Of a DNA stretch of 49,563 bases, positions 1 to 11,847 are shown piece after piece. The DNA comes from Lama guanicoe. Lineage: Eukaryota. Numbering within the stretch: position 1 is the first letter of the stretch; every line of letters starts with the position of its first letter. The notes under the pieces were generated by a model. The model did no database searches and was not told the origin of the DNA. It worked only from the letters and a program-made list of their open reading frames with translations. The stretch lies in NCBI GenBank assembly GCA_013239625.1, contig MU054117.1, positions 3,100,011-3,149,573 of the forward strand, in the 5' to 3' direction. A program made the translations under genes and the position numbers.

Positions 1-50
1 TCTCGCCTTCAAGCCATTGCAACGGAGCCCGCGCCACGGCCCCTCGGTCA

Positions 51-93
51 GGAACTTTGACTCCCCACTGACCTGGTTTTGAACTAATGACCC
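51..93 (-). promoter_or_regulatory. Composite nuclear-receptor element (DR5 + DR2, RARE-like)
   Basis: Plus strand reads TGACCT(69-74)-GGTTT-TGAACT(80-85)-AA-TGACCC(88-93), which on the minus strand is GGGTCA-n2-AGTTCA-n5-AGGTCA. Two further imperfect half-sites lie at 51-56 and 58-63. Motif match only; function is untested. Confidence 0.55.
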
Positions 94-1200
94 AGAGGTG
101 AACGACTCCCTATTTCGTTACTAGTCCCCCACAGCCACCGCCCCCTCCTGCAGGCCCCCAGCGGGAGGGCTTGGCGAGCAGGGGGACAAAGTCCAGCCAG
201 GGGCCCTGGACCCGTCAGCCACCGCGTGCACCCAGCTCCGGCCCCCGGCCATCTGGCCTCCTGCCTCCCCACCCACCCCAACCCCATGCTTTCGCCTGGC
301 CTGACTGAACAGGTTTTGGAGGAGGCCAAGGTCACCGTGGGCCGACCTCCACAGATGGATTCAGCCCGAGAGTGCAGCTGTGGTCCAGCTTGACCGTGAA
401 GGCTCAGGGCAGACACACTCCTTCCTCGGGGGACACGTCCCCCAGATGAGGTCTGAGCCTCCACCAGTTAGGGTCTGGCTAGAGCCACAGACTGTGGCTT
501 GACTCCACTCCCCCTCCCCATTTCCTTCCAGACCCCCATCTCCTCACTTCCCAGGCCCACTCCCCGAGACACCCTCATCCCTTCTCCGCAGTCACTGTTC
601 CAGGGAGAGGCCCTCCACCCGGGAGCCTGGGCGAACGCTGGTGGGAAGAGCCACCACTGAGCCACACTCCAGGGGTTCAGCGAACACTGGTCCCCACCGT
701 TCACTGGGCGACGGAGGAGCCCGGCCCTCCTGGACCACAGGCTGGACGGTCCCCGCCGAGGAGTCGTGCTGGCTGGCGGATGCTCAGTGGGCTAGTGGTC
801 AAGGTGCCAGAAGCATTCGATTCTTGTTCTGATGGGCATGTTTGCTCTGTGTTTCATACACAAAATACATTTTTTTTGTAGGGCTTAGGATACAGAGAAA
901 TGGAAGTGCTTTGTCTTTTCTAAGAATTACGGCCTTAACCACTGCACTTTGAATTCACTTTTGTAAGCGCGTGTATCTCACGTACTGAGATGGTCCCTCA
1001 CACACCTGTTTCCTCCACTAGACCGTGGACTCCTCAAAGACAAGCGCCCTGTCTTATCCATCCTTGGGCCTCTCACTGGTGACTGAGGACGACAGCTATG
1101 CAGCCAGCCCGGAGGGAATCCTACTTCCATCCCTGGTCTCTTTGGATTTACTTTAGAGTCTGTTTCAACTATGGTCATACCCAGTGGTCCAGACACTCAA

Positions 1201-1414
1201 AATAATCTGGGATTTCAAAATTGTAGAATAGATAAACAAGATTATACTGTATAGCACAGGGAAATACATACAAGGTCTTATGGTTGCTCACGGAGAAAAA
1301 AATGTGACAATGAATATACATATGTTCATGTATGACTGAAAAATTGTGCTCTACGCTGGAATTTAACACAACATTGTAAAATGATTATAAATCAATAAAA
1401 AATGTTAAAAAAAA
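1201..1414 (+). mobile_element. LINE-1 3' end fragment (camelid-type 3'UTR, 5'-truncated)
   Basis: Contains GATAAACAAGATTATACTGTATAGCACAGGGAA...ACAACATTGTAAAATGATTATAAATCAATAAAAAATGTT followed by an A-tail, a typical artiodactyl L1 terminus. Confidence 0.85.
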
Positions 1415-1478
1415 TCTGACGTGAAATGATTAAAATCAACATTTGCTGGAAAGATAGTCTTTTGATTTACACACTGGT

Positions 1479-1824
1479 GAGACAAATCCTGCACAGTATC
1501 ACTTATATGTGACATCTAAAATCTACAACACATTGGTGAATATAACATAAAAGCAGCAGACCCACAGCTGTAGAGAACAAGCTAGCGGTACCAGGGGGAA
1601 GAGGGACGTGGGGAGGGAGGACGTGGGGGTTGGGGAGTAAGAGATACGACCTACCAGGCACAGGGCGAGCTGCGAGGAGACGTTGCACAGCATAGGGACT
1701 GTGGCCAAGGTTTCATAGTGACTGCGCGTAGAGGATAACCTTTAAAACTTGTCAGTCACTACGCTGTACACCTGTAACATGTAATATTGTACAGCAACTG
1801 TACTTCAATCTAAATTTTTTTAAA
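1479..1824 (+). mobile_element. LINE-1 3'UTR fragment (older artiodactyl subfamily)
   Basis: Contains ATCACTTATATGTG...GAGAACAAGCTAGCGGTACCAG, a G-rich tract, and the terminus GTACACCTGTAAC...CAACTGTACTTCAAT. Confidence 0.85.
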
Positions 1825-1838
1825 TTACAGAGCAAATT

Positions 1839-1868
1839 GAAATGAAATGAAATGAAATGAAATGAAAT
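1839..1868 (+). repeat. (GAAAT)6 pentanucleotide microsatellite
   Basis: Six perfect GAAAT units. Confidence 0.95.
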
Positions 1869-3599
1869 GGTGAGCTTCAAAACTACATGGTGTTCCATTC
1901 AGATGAAGCCAGCTTGTCCCCAGTCGTGAACAGTAACGCTCAGATTACACGTGGGGAGAGAAGGGTCTCGCCCAGTGTCAGCTGCAGCACGTTTCTTGCG
2001 GTCACAGAGCACAGCCTTGGCTCCAGCGCGCCGTCAGGCTGTGTGTCTCCCAGGCGCTCGTCCTCCTGCAGCCTCAGACTCAGCCCTGGAGCCGCCAGGC
2101 TCAGACAGTCGGGAACCCTGAAAGGGCACTGTGCCCTTAGACACACGGCCGGCGTCTGAGCAGGGACTTCAGAGGGGAGCACCTGCCCTGAACTTGGTCC
2201 CAGTGCCGTTTTCCCCGCCTTCCTTCCCAGCCTTAGCTCACGTTAGGGGAATCACGCGTCACGCGGGCTCCTGCCCTGAACGTGGACATGCCTGCTCTTC
2301 CTGGAGCGACAGGGCCAAGGCCGCACCAGGAGTGAAACGCCTGCCTGGGCTCCTCCGGCACCGGCCTCTCAGCCTGGGACTTCCGGGCTCCGAGTAAGTC
2401 TTTCCTTCCTCTCTTTTCTCCCTTTATCAGAACTTTTGTCCCCTTCATTCCAAAATTCAGCCAAATACACTAATTTCCACCATCCACCGTCCTGCTCACT
2501 GTGCATCAGGGTTACTTTATCCACGACACCCCCCCACCCCCGGCCACCACCCGGTTCTCTGGGTTCCCTTGAGGAAGTCGCCACGCCTCCCCGCTGGGGC
2601 TCCTCTCTTCATCTCTAAGTGGGGAAAGCGCAGCTAGCTGCCTTGAGAGCTGCCCTCCGGTCTGGAGTGCGTGTTCCTGTGCAGCACGGTATTCCTGGCT
2701 CCCAGCACGTCCCCGGCTCTGAAGTAGCACTTCACAAACACTTGGTGCCTTCACGGGTGAGCCCCATGATGTAATGAATCCAGCTATCACGACCTCCTGG
2801 AGAAGGTCCGGCTGTGTGCCTCGCTGGCTGGGCGAGCCCGGTCAGTGGCTTCTCCACTTTAAGGCCAGAGAGGGAAAGAGCGGCCCCCAGGTCCCACAGC
2901 CAGGAGGGGCAGAGGCAGGGCTGGCGTGCACGTCTTCTGACCCCTCCTCCTAAGACACACTGATCGGGTCTTTCCTAAATTGGGAGGGGGCATCTGGGGT
3001 CCCTTGGTGTCACTTTTCCATCCAGACTCTGGATTTAGGGCAAGAAACACAAGCTCAAGAAATGACACGTGACTTCAAGAAAGGGGGCCTCCCAGGGGCC
3101 CCTGACCCACGAGCTCGCTTTACCTGCCGTGGGGAGATAAGCAGCCACCGAGTGGGCTGAGCGGTGCGGGCTGAGCCGCCAGGTGGGCTGAGCCGGGCCA
3201 GCATTTCCTCCAGGAGGCAGCTCGTGTCTGGGGTGGCAGCAGACCGGCTGCTTCTGCCACCTCCTAGGGCGGGAACCAGAATCCACAAAGGGGTCCTGCC
3301 AGCAGGAGCAGCGGGCAGAGCAGCTTCCTCTGACGGAACCTCCCGTGAGGGCAGGGAGGCCTCTGTCTTGTCAACAGGCCGTGCACGGCCCTGGGGGGTG
3401 GCGGGGGGTGCCGGCTGCTGTGCTGGCCTGGGATGTCCCTCCTGTAAGCGCGTCTCCACCTGCAGCTCCCCCGCTCCCCTGGGAAGGACTGTTGTCACCT
3501 TCTCCTCGCCTGGTCGCAGGCTGAGAGGTCAGCGCCTGAGGAGAGACCCCAGGACACCGATTCCCAGGTCACACCCTCACTGTCAGAGGCCCTGGTGTC

Positions 3600-3945
3600 G
3601 GGGAGACTTCAATTCACAGCCCAATGTTGCAGATCACTGCCTGTGTGACTTTGGGCAAGTTATTTAAAAAAAAATTTTTTTTGTAGGGGGAGGTAATTAA
3701 GTTTATTTATTTATTTTTTAAATAGAGAGACTGGAGACTGGACCCAGGACCTCATGTATGCTAGACACATGCTCTGCCACTGAGCTATACCCACCCCTGC
3801 CAGGCTAGCTATTTAATTCTCTCTCTGCTTTGCTTTACCCTTCTGTAAAATGGGCGTAATAACTGCTACCTCGTGAGACTGTTGTGAGGATTAAGTCTAC
3901 AATGTTTCTAAAACACCCAGCACAGTGCCAGAAACACAATAAATG
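3600..3945 (+). mobile_element. MIR SINE, interrupted by a younger SINE
   Basis: TGTGTGACTTTGGGCAAGTTATTT on the left; CTGTAAAATGGGCGTAATAA...GTTGTGAGGATTAA...CAGCACAGTGCC on the right. Confidence 0.85.
3675..3797 (-). mobile_element. tRNA-Ala-derived camelid SINE (Vic-1-like)
   Basis: Reverse complement reads GGGTATAGCTCAGTGG...GGTCCTGGGT...AATAAATAAAC TTAATTACCTCCCCC plus an A-tail. Degenerate TSD: GGCAAGTTATTTAA (3654-3667) and GGCTAGCTATTTAA (3803-3816). Confidence 0.9.
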
Positions 3946-4329
3946 AGAAGGAAGTTCTTGCTAAATAATTCTGTGGTGTCATCAAGTTTCCTGGGGTCCT
4001 CAGGTCTTTCCCAGGCCCCTGGATGGAAAAGGAGGCGGGCAGGACGGGAGAAGTGAACTGGGTTACTGGCCCCCCATTAGCTAAAGCAAACACTGTCTCC
4101 TGCTGTCAGTGTCTGGTCCGCGTCTAAGAGAAGGCTGCAACCTACCCTGACTCAAGCCCCTCGTGGGATCGGTGAGGAAGCGGAGGCCCAGGGACCTCGG
4201 GAATGCCCCCGGCTAGTCCACGGTGACACTGGAGGCGAAAGGCTGTGGTGTCTGAGAGCGGTCTCTGCAGTGATGCCGCCCGGCCCAGGGGTCGGCCCCA
4301 CCACTGCCGGGTTTTGCTCTCTCACGCTG

Positions 4330-4458
4330 GTCACTCGCCTCTCAGTGCCTCAGTTTCCTCACCTTTACAATGCCTGCTTCTAAGGGTTTTTGTGAAGCTG
4401 AAATAAAATTTTATACCTCAAATGCTCAGAGTGACGTCTGACGTGGCGCTAAGCATCA
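4330..4458 (+). mobile_element. MIR fragment
   Basis: MIR core CTCAGTGCCTCAGTTTCCTCACCTTTACAATG. Confidence 0.75.
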
Positions 4459-4833
4459 GGGTTGATTTTGAGAACACCTGCCCCACTTTCCAGGCTAATA
4501 GAATTCAACTGCGAGTGGAACACTGGCTTTCAAATACCTGCATCCTTCGCGGCAACCAGGAGGCCTCGTGGGACGAGAAGAGCTTCAGCAGGCGGGGCCG
4601 AGCCGGAGACAAGGCTCACGTCTCCTCCCACCCTGGCGGTGCCCGCCTCGCCGGGCACCCTTGCTCAGAGTGTGAGTGGGGGCCAGATGGAGCTGAATGA
4701 AGGGGAAAGCCCTGAGGGCGAGAAGAAGCGGCTGGAAGGAAAGCTCTGTTCTAAGCAGTGTCTCCCCAGCAGACATCCCTGGGGCTCGACTTGTGGCACA
4801 GGGCTACGTGGGACCGTTCGGGTGCCATTCTGA

Positions 4834-4847
4834 CCACTAGAGGTCAG
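4834..4847 (+). promoter_or_regulatory. Candidate CTCF site
   Basis: CCACTAGAGGTCAG has one mismatch to CCASYAGRKGGCRS. TGCCATTC just upstream resembles the CTCF upstream (U) motif. Confidence 0.45.
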
Positions 4848-5289
4848 TGGAATGTTTGCTATCCTTAGAGGGTGGGTAATGTCCACAGCAAGGCGCCCCA
4901 CGGTCCCAGCACCGCTGTCCCCCTTGTGGACCTGGGTTTGGCCTGGTTTCCAGGAATCCAAGGCATCCACATTTGTCCCCCGGTTCCCTCCGTGAGCAGG
5001 TAGCTTTGGCAAGGCACGGCTCTGGGCCAAGGATGGAGAGACCCCTTTCTCCTTTAAAGCCAGCCGGCCCAAGTGTTCAAGGTCGTCCATACCCTGGTTT
5101 TCTAACAAATGCAGTCCAAGCTCCTCCAGGGCCTCCGGAGGTACCCTCCCTGACCTCCGTCCTCCCACCCCCAACATCACATCATTCGATTCTCTCTGCC
5201 CTCCTCCACTCGCTCTCCACCGTCCCTCTCCCCATCACAAACCCATCCTCATGACTCCCACCCGTCCTCCAACGCTTCTCCCCCTTCCA

Positions 5290-5430
5290 CAGAGCGGGCG
5301 CCGAAGGCTCTCCCAGGGTGAGCCGGGCCGCTCGGGGCCGCTCGGGGCCGCCTCCCCCCGACGCCGTCTGTTTCCGCCTCGCAGCGTAAAGCCACGCGGG
5401 CGGCTACCGAGAATCACGCCAGAGATGGGC
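5290..5430. other. CpG-dense patch with a short tandem (GGGCCGCTCG)x2.7
   Basis: Many CpGs and very high GC; 10-bp unit repeated at 5325-5351. Confidence 0.6.
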
Positions 5431-6172
5431 ATCCTCTCTCCGTCCTGTTGAGAAGAAACCATGGCTTCCAGCCCTGAGACACTAGGATTGAAAGGGAGGG
5501 ACCCAACATGGAAACATTAAGCCACACTCAACAGGCGTGACGGCTGGGACCCAGAGGACGTTTGGGAGAATGGAAGGCAAGCTGGCTGAAGGAAAAGCAC
5601 CCTGACGACGTCTCTTAGCTCAGCTCTGACCCGGTGCCTGGGCTTCCTCACCGTGACAGCTGGGTGCGTCCAAGCAGGGCTGGAGAGGGGGCTTCCACCT
5701 TCCCAGAGAAGGCGGAGATCACCAGGAACAGAACGCCAGCAGGCCCGCGGGTGTGTGAGGGCATTCCGGGGAGGGCTCGGGCACAGATGGTGCAAAACCC
5801 GTTCGTGGGACCTGGAGACACGGGGGCCCCGTCAGAAAGCGGCAGCAAGCCTGGCAGAGCCGCGCCCACGCCTGTGCCACGTGTCTCCGCGCTCTGCTGC
5901 TGTGCAGGGCGTGCGAGCCGTGGAATTGAGGGCTCAGCCGAGGGGATTCCTAAGCCAAGTGTTGGAGGAACAGTTTGGTTCCTCCGGACTCTTCCAGTAA
6001 AAAGTGGGGGAGACAGACACCATGAAGATGAGATTGTTGAGCCAGAAAAACAACCCGGAACTTGTAGGTTTTAGAAATTCCCAGCCTGTCCACGCTGCAA
6101 AAACTGCAGAAGTTCAGGGAAACACGTGGGTCTTGGAGCAGAAATCAGGAGCACGAGTCGCAGTCATTTTCA

Positions 6173-6185
6173 GGGTCAGAGGTCA
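6173..6185 (+). promoter_or_regulatory. Perfect DR1 nuclear-receptor element
   Basis: GGGTCA-G-AGGTCA in non-repeat DNA. Motif match only. Confidence 0.35.
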
Positions 6186-6512
6186 CCCAGGTACTTGGGC
6201 TTCTGAAAAGCGAGGGTAAGTGCCAAGCCCTCAGGCATCGCAGGAGTTTTCCGGAATCACTGCCTTCACAGGATGTCTCCCCCGGCCTCCCACTAGTTTC
6301 TCCCTGAAGGTTTAGCAACGCAGTACAACCCAGAAATACTCCCGGGGCAGCAGCACCCACCCAGCGCCGTCCGCATGGAGTGGGAACGAGTACACATCCT
6401 TTTCCGGTCCCCACTGAGGGCAGGAAGAAAGCAGGAGATTCCTGCTCACTCATCCGGGCTGCTCTGTGGGCAGCAATAACCTTCACGGTTGTTAGGGTCC
6501 TTTTTACTGTCT

Positions 6513-6670
6513 TCACTGAACCTCACAACAAACCCTGGGACGTGTTTGGTGTCATCATCCCATCTTACGGATGAGAAAATTGAGGCTCAGAAAGGTCAAG
6601 TCACTTGCCCAAGGTCATTCCATTAATAAATGGAAGAACCAGATCCCCAGCCCAAAGCATCTGACTCTAG
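6513..6670 (-). mobile_element. MIR SINE
   Basis: CCCATCTTACGGATGAGAAAATTGAGGCTCAGAAAGGTCAAGTCACTTGCCCAAGGTCA is the reverse of the MIR core. Confidence 0.9.
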
Positions 6671-7964
6671 GAATCACACACACCTCTTGTGCCAGACCGG
6701 CTCTTCCGGCATGCGTGCACACACACGTGCACACAAGTAAAAGGCAGGTGGCAGAAGGACCGAGGAGTCATTTATTTCTGTCCCTTCAAAGTCTTCGAGG
6801 GAAAGTATCACACCTGGGGTGGGAGGCATTGCACTTGCTTATTAATAAAATAACAATTTTTTAAAATTAAGACTTGTGTTTATAAAATACGCGTTTTGTC
6901 GAAAAATTCATTCATTCCTTCAAGCATTCAGGAAATGCTCAGAGTCTCTTTCCTGCTAAGTTCCGGCGGGTGGCGTGGGCCAGTCTGGACATCAGACCAG
7001 GTCTCTGCACTGGCCCCTGTGCTCCAGCCCCTGCCTGGGGGTCACCTGCCCCTAGGTGATGCTGACAGCGAGGGGGGTGGGGGGAGGTCTCCAGGCAGCC
7101 TCGCCAGGATTCCTGGTGGCTGATGGAGCCTTTGCCCTGGCTTTCGGCAGTGACAAGAAAGGAATGTGCTTTCATTCTTCGAGGCTCTACTGGGTGTGGT
7201 GGGTGCCGCTGTCCCCGGGTAAATAAAGCCTGGCTAATCTCCTTAGCCGGGTGGTGGTGTCAGCCGGCTGGGGAGCCCGCAGGAGAGCAGCGTCGCGCCT
7301 CAGATTCCCCGGATTGTTCAGAGCGGTGGGTGAGCTGCCCGGGATCCCACACCAGCAGAGGGGCCTGCACCAGCTTGCCCCAGGGAGGGCCGCAGGGTGC
7401 AGGGTTTCCTCTCGGTCTGCCGCTCCGGGCGTGCTCTCTGAGGCCTCTTTGCCAGCCCGGAGGGGCCGAGCAACCCTGCACGCCAGGCGGCTGGGCGGTC
7501 TCCAGCAGGGCCAGCCTCGTCGCTTCCTCCCGTGGGGGAGCTCCCGGGGCTCCCAGGAGAAATCCCCGCTCCCCAGCCCGAAGCCCACATCACCGGGTGA
7601 CAGACGCACCCAGAGGGGGGCATCTGTGGGTGTCCGGGCTTGTGCAATTTGCAAGCCCTTCTTAAGAAAAAGAACACAGACCAGAGGGCTGGAGCCTCTG
7701 CCGGGCTTGGGAGGGGCCGCGCCGCGAGGGGCCTGAGGTCAGCCGTGTCCATGTCTGAGAAGGCCCCTGGCGCCCACACTTGCCTTCTCAGTCCCTCTCT
7801 CTTGACTCCTACGTGGGTCCCTCCAACCCAGCCAACACCTCTGATCAGGCGGCATCTTCCACACCCCGTCTGACATTCTTACGTTTCTGCATGATAAGTG
7901 TACGTGTGAAATGACCCTTAGCTCCCTGAGACACTCGATTCAAGACAATTACTCTTGGAGTGAC

Positions 7965-8190
7965 TATCTTTCTGGGCGCCTCCTGCGTGTCAGCTTCGTG
8001 TTAGACGCTTAACCCCCGCGAGGCAGGGGAAGATGAAAGCTCACTCTGGTCCCCGTGAGGCCTGCATCTCAGAGGCGTCAAGTCACTTGCCACTGGTCCC
8101 AGACTCAGTAAGTAGCCCAAAAAACAAAAACAAAAACGCTGTAATTTAAAAATCACATCTTTTTGACTTCAAAATCTAAGCTCTTTCTCT
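7965..8190 (-). mobile_element. MIR SINE (degenerate)
   Basis: CTCAGAGGCGTCAAGTCACTTGCC...CAGTAAGTAGC...TGACTTCAAAATCTAAGCTCTT. Confidence 0.6.
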
Positions 8191-10399
8191 CTACACCAAA
8201 CTGCCTTCATTCTTTCCTGCGCCGTCTGTAACGTCCCCCACGTGCACACAGACACACTGCTGTCTTTTCCAAATCATTCTTACCTGGGTAAGAACATCTC
8301 TTAAAAGGAAATGGGGCCAAATACTTGTAATTTGGTCCCAGAAAAATTCAAGTCTTTGTGTTACCACCACACTAGACCGCCTACATGTTTACTTTTAATG
8401 CTTGTTAGTGGGTTGTTATGTCATTTCTGCTTTCCACGTGCAGACCTCCCACATGCCTACCAGTCGGCGACACCGCAAAGATGCTGTGGGGAAAACCCTC
8501 TGAAAGGCCACGGCGTTCGGCTGTCAGCATTCACTTTGGTCCACCCATCTGTGGGTCAGCTGGCCTTGGCTTGGTTTCTGCTCTGCTTGGTGTGTTTCTC
8601 TTCCCCCTTGGGCCAGTGGTTTCCCAGGGGAAATTCATCTCGGGGCAAAGACGGGCACCCGCGAGGGCCAGCCCCCCCGTCGAAGCACGTTCAGGGCTTC
8701 ACACATGTCATGTCATGTCTTCCAGGGCGCTGGCCCGAGAAAGTCACACGGCCAAGCTCAGAGCCCAGGGCAGGGACGCCCACCCTGCCCAGCAGGAGGC
8801 CGCGCGAAGGCAGAGGCGGCCGACAGCACTGCAGGGAGACCAGCGGTCAATCGCGTGGTGTCAGGTCTGAAAGAAAGATGCTCCCAACGCGTCTCCAAGC
8901 TCTCAAAGTAGCTTCCGGTCCATTCACAGGGCGTCAGGGAAATTCTTTTCAAAAGTCTCCAAATCACTTTCACTCCAAACACAAATAGATCTAGGCTACA
9001 GGACATTTTCAGAGAAGAGGACGAGGAACGTGGCCAGCACTGAAAACTCAAAAATGCTGGGTGACCCGACTTCTGAGGCAGAGCAGACCGTGGAAGTCGG
9101 AAGCCACTTTTCTGTAGGACTCCCAAGGCACGTGGCTGGAAGCAACTCCAGCTTACTTCCAAGTCTCCAGGGCTCCCCTTGAGTAGGGGGGGCACAGAGG
9201 AAAGCCCCCACCTCTCCACCTATAAAAGATTAAGGAGGTTTTCAAGTCTTCTGATACCAGGTGAGACAATTTGCATTCTTTCCCTGCCCCGTGCTGTGAT
9301 TAAAAGTTTAGTGTCCTACCTGCATTTGAAGTAGCAATCTGTCTGTTAACTTGAACTAACTCTAGCCTGGGGGGATGCCAGGTAAACAGAAGAAAGCAAA
9401 GAAACTCACTCCAATAAAACAAAGGAACAAAAGTTTAAAAGGAAAAAAAAGCACTTTGGAATTCTCCAAGAAGAACCCCCTACTTAAGTTGTCAGGGATG
9501 CATTCCCCTTTGAAACTGTTTTGTCATTGTCCCTGGAAATCAGTGTCAGTCATTACTTTTTTAAAATATCTTTTGAGAAATATGTACAGTAATAACACAT
9601 TTTTTTAAAGTCCAGAAATAGATGCACCAAAAAATAGGGGATCATTTCTATGTCGTGGAGTCATTAAGCAGTTTTTAATTTCTCCTTTATTTTTATTTTC
9701 TGTTTCTCCTCTATGGGCCAGGTGTTAATTATATAATCAAAAGAGAAAAAGATTAAAATATAAAAAGGAGCAAACTTAAAATTTTTCTTTTTTAGAAATG
9801 GCGAATCCTGGAGAAAATGCGTCTGTGACGTGTCCCCAGGTGCATTCTGCAGACGCTGGTTCTCCATGTAGTCATAGTTGTGCAGAAGTGGTGATGGGTT
9901 CCATGATAAATAAATTTGGGGAGATCTGTCTTAGACCAAATTAAAACTTAAAAAAAAACAAAAAACTGCCAGAGTCAATAACCAAGAAGGCAGAAAAAGC
10001 AGCGTTCCCAGTTCTGCTAGACTGATGGTCCCTTTTTTCAAGAAACAGCCCTCCAGAGTACCCTCCTTGGGGGTTGCTGTTGGAGGCCAGCAGTGTCAAA
10101 GCATCAGTCCTGGTGTAGAGACGACCGTCATGGAGGAAAGACTGGTGCGCTGGACCAGTGCTAGCCAGGATGCCAGGCAGGTCTGTGTTGTCCTCTCCTG
10201 GGTTTAGCGGACCCTCTCCTCCTCCCCCAACCCCACCTCCCATCTTCTCCATCCTGCACACCCTCCCCTCTGTCATCACAAAGCTTCGGGGTCAGAACCA
10301 AGCTGGCGGGGTGGACACTGAGAACTCTTCTGTCGAGGCTAGATCCTGCTCCCCTGTGCTCTCGTGGCAACCTGGGCTGTCCTTTTACATAATGTACGT

Positions 10400-10950
10400 T
10401 ATTCACCCACTCAATCCGTCATTCGTTCCAAAACGTGGGTCTTACGTGAGCGAGACACTGTGCTAGGCACTAGGGAAACAGGTAGAAGAAACAGACACTC
10501 TGCCGTCCTGGCCTTAAATTCTATCCAAGAGAAGCAGCAGCGCCAGAACCGGTCAGATGGGTCGTGAGTTGATAGCCGTTAAAACTGGGTGGTGGCTGCG
10601 TGGAGTGATTTGCTCTCTTCTTCTTGGGCAAATGTTTGAAATTTCCCATAAAAAGGGTTTTTTAAGTAAATGAAAGAATCACAACATTGAATGCAAATAT
10701 ACATCTGTGGTGAGGATTCTGAAGGGGAGAGATGGAGTCAGAAGCGCGCAGAACGTGGAGAAGCACCGCAGGTGGGAAAGGGTTTCTCAGGTGAGGCGGT
10801 GAACGAGCTGATCTCTCGGAATGAGGACAGTGGGAGGGCACCTCCAGCGGCGGGGACGGCAGGACCGCAGGGCTCGCCGCAGAGGGAGCACCACACCCCA
10901 GGGGCTCGAGGAAGCCAAGCGGTCCAAGCCCTGGGCTGGAGAGAGGATGC
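10400..10950 (-). mobile_element. L2 LINE fragment, interrupted by an L1 piece
   Basis: CATTC-type tail, ACACTGTGCTAGGCACTAGGGA, and the later GGGAAAGGGTTTCTCAGGTGAGGCGGTG...GAGCTGA motif. Confidence 0.65.
10552..10664 (+). mobile_element. Old L1 (L1MC/MD-like) 3' end
   Basis: GAGTTGATAGCCGTTAAAACTGGGTGGTGG...ATGTTTGAAATTTCCCATAAAAAG resembles the L1M terminus. Confidence 0.65.
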
Positions 10951-11847
10951 TGGGGGGAGCCAGAGAAGCAGGAGGGGCCGGACCCCCGCGCTAGTCTGGG
11001 ACCACCAGGGGAAGCGGTGGGTCCTGCTCACCTCAAGCCTTGCATCGCCTCTAGTGTCTGTGCAACAAATCTGCAAATGAATAAAGAAAGATGAGTGAAA
11101 GGACCAAGTCAGCCGGAGGAGCCGGTGCTGGGTGCAGCCCGGCGGGCAGAGCCCTCGGATGTCCTATCCTTAGAGGCCCACTTCCCCGGCCTGTCCCCTC
11201 CAGCCCCCAAGGTGAGCAGCGACGGGCCTAGAGCCAGGCCTTCCTGCTCTGACCTTTCCCTCCACGTGGAAGCACCTCCCCCTGAGCCGTCGGGGGCCTC
11301 CCTGGCCCCCGCCTCGCCCCTCCCTCACATAGGGGACAGGAGGGGCGTCTTCGGCGAGTTTGGAAGGAGAAACTGGGCAGCCCTTTCTGCTCTTTTTCTC
11401 TTGGAAGCCAGCTGCCCACGCAAGCGTGCTTTCTCCCTGCTGCTCCCCGTCCTCGGTTTTACGAGGGGCCTGTCCCCAGAGGAGGCAGCAGAGAGCTGCT
11501 GTGACCGAGTGGGCCGTCCGCCCGACACCCGTGTCTCCAGCCGAGAGCCCTCTTGCCCGTAGCTCTAGAACGCTTTCCCCAGTTTATCAACAACGGAGGT
11601 GAGCGTCCAGCCCCAGCACGTCCTCCTCTGCCCTGCTCCTCTGCTGGCCCTGGAGCAGGATGGCGCGGGGGGCGCTGTTTATTGAGTCAACACTCCGACT
11701 CTCTCTCCTAAAGGGCGTCACCCTCGGGGGCTGCCAGCATCGGCTTGGCCACCTGCCTAAGACCCCAGGTCACAGCCTCAGGTCCCCTGAAGCTTCTGCT
11801 TAAACTTCCGGTTTCTTTGCGTTCAGTCCTTGCTGGAATATCTGACT

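Noticed and set aside
3154..3193. GGGCTGAGC x3, resembling immunoglobulin switch repeats
   Set aside because: Only three copies in 40 bp; real switch regions span kilobases and there are no Ig exons here.
9782..9845. Possible small exon (polypyrimidine-AG, ATGG in good context, CAG|GTGCAT)
   Set aside because: The donor is weak, the peptide MANPGENASVTCPQ is unrecognised, no partner exons are evident, and the T-tract may be old L1-derived.
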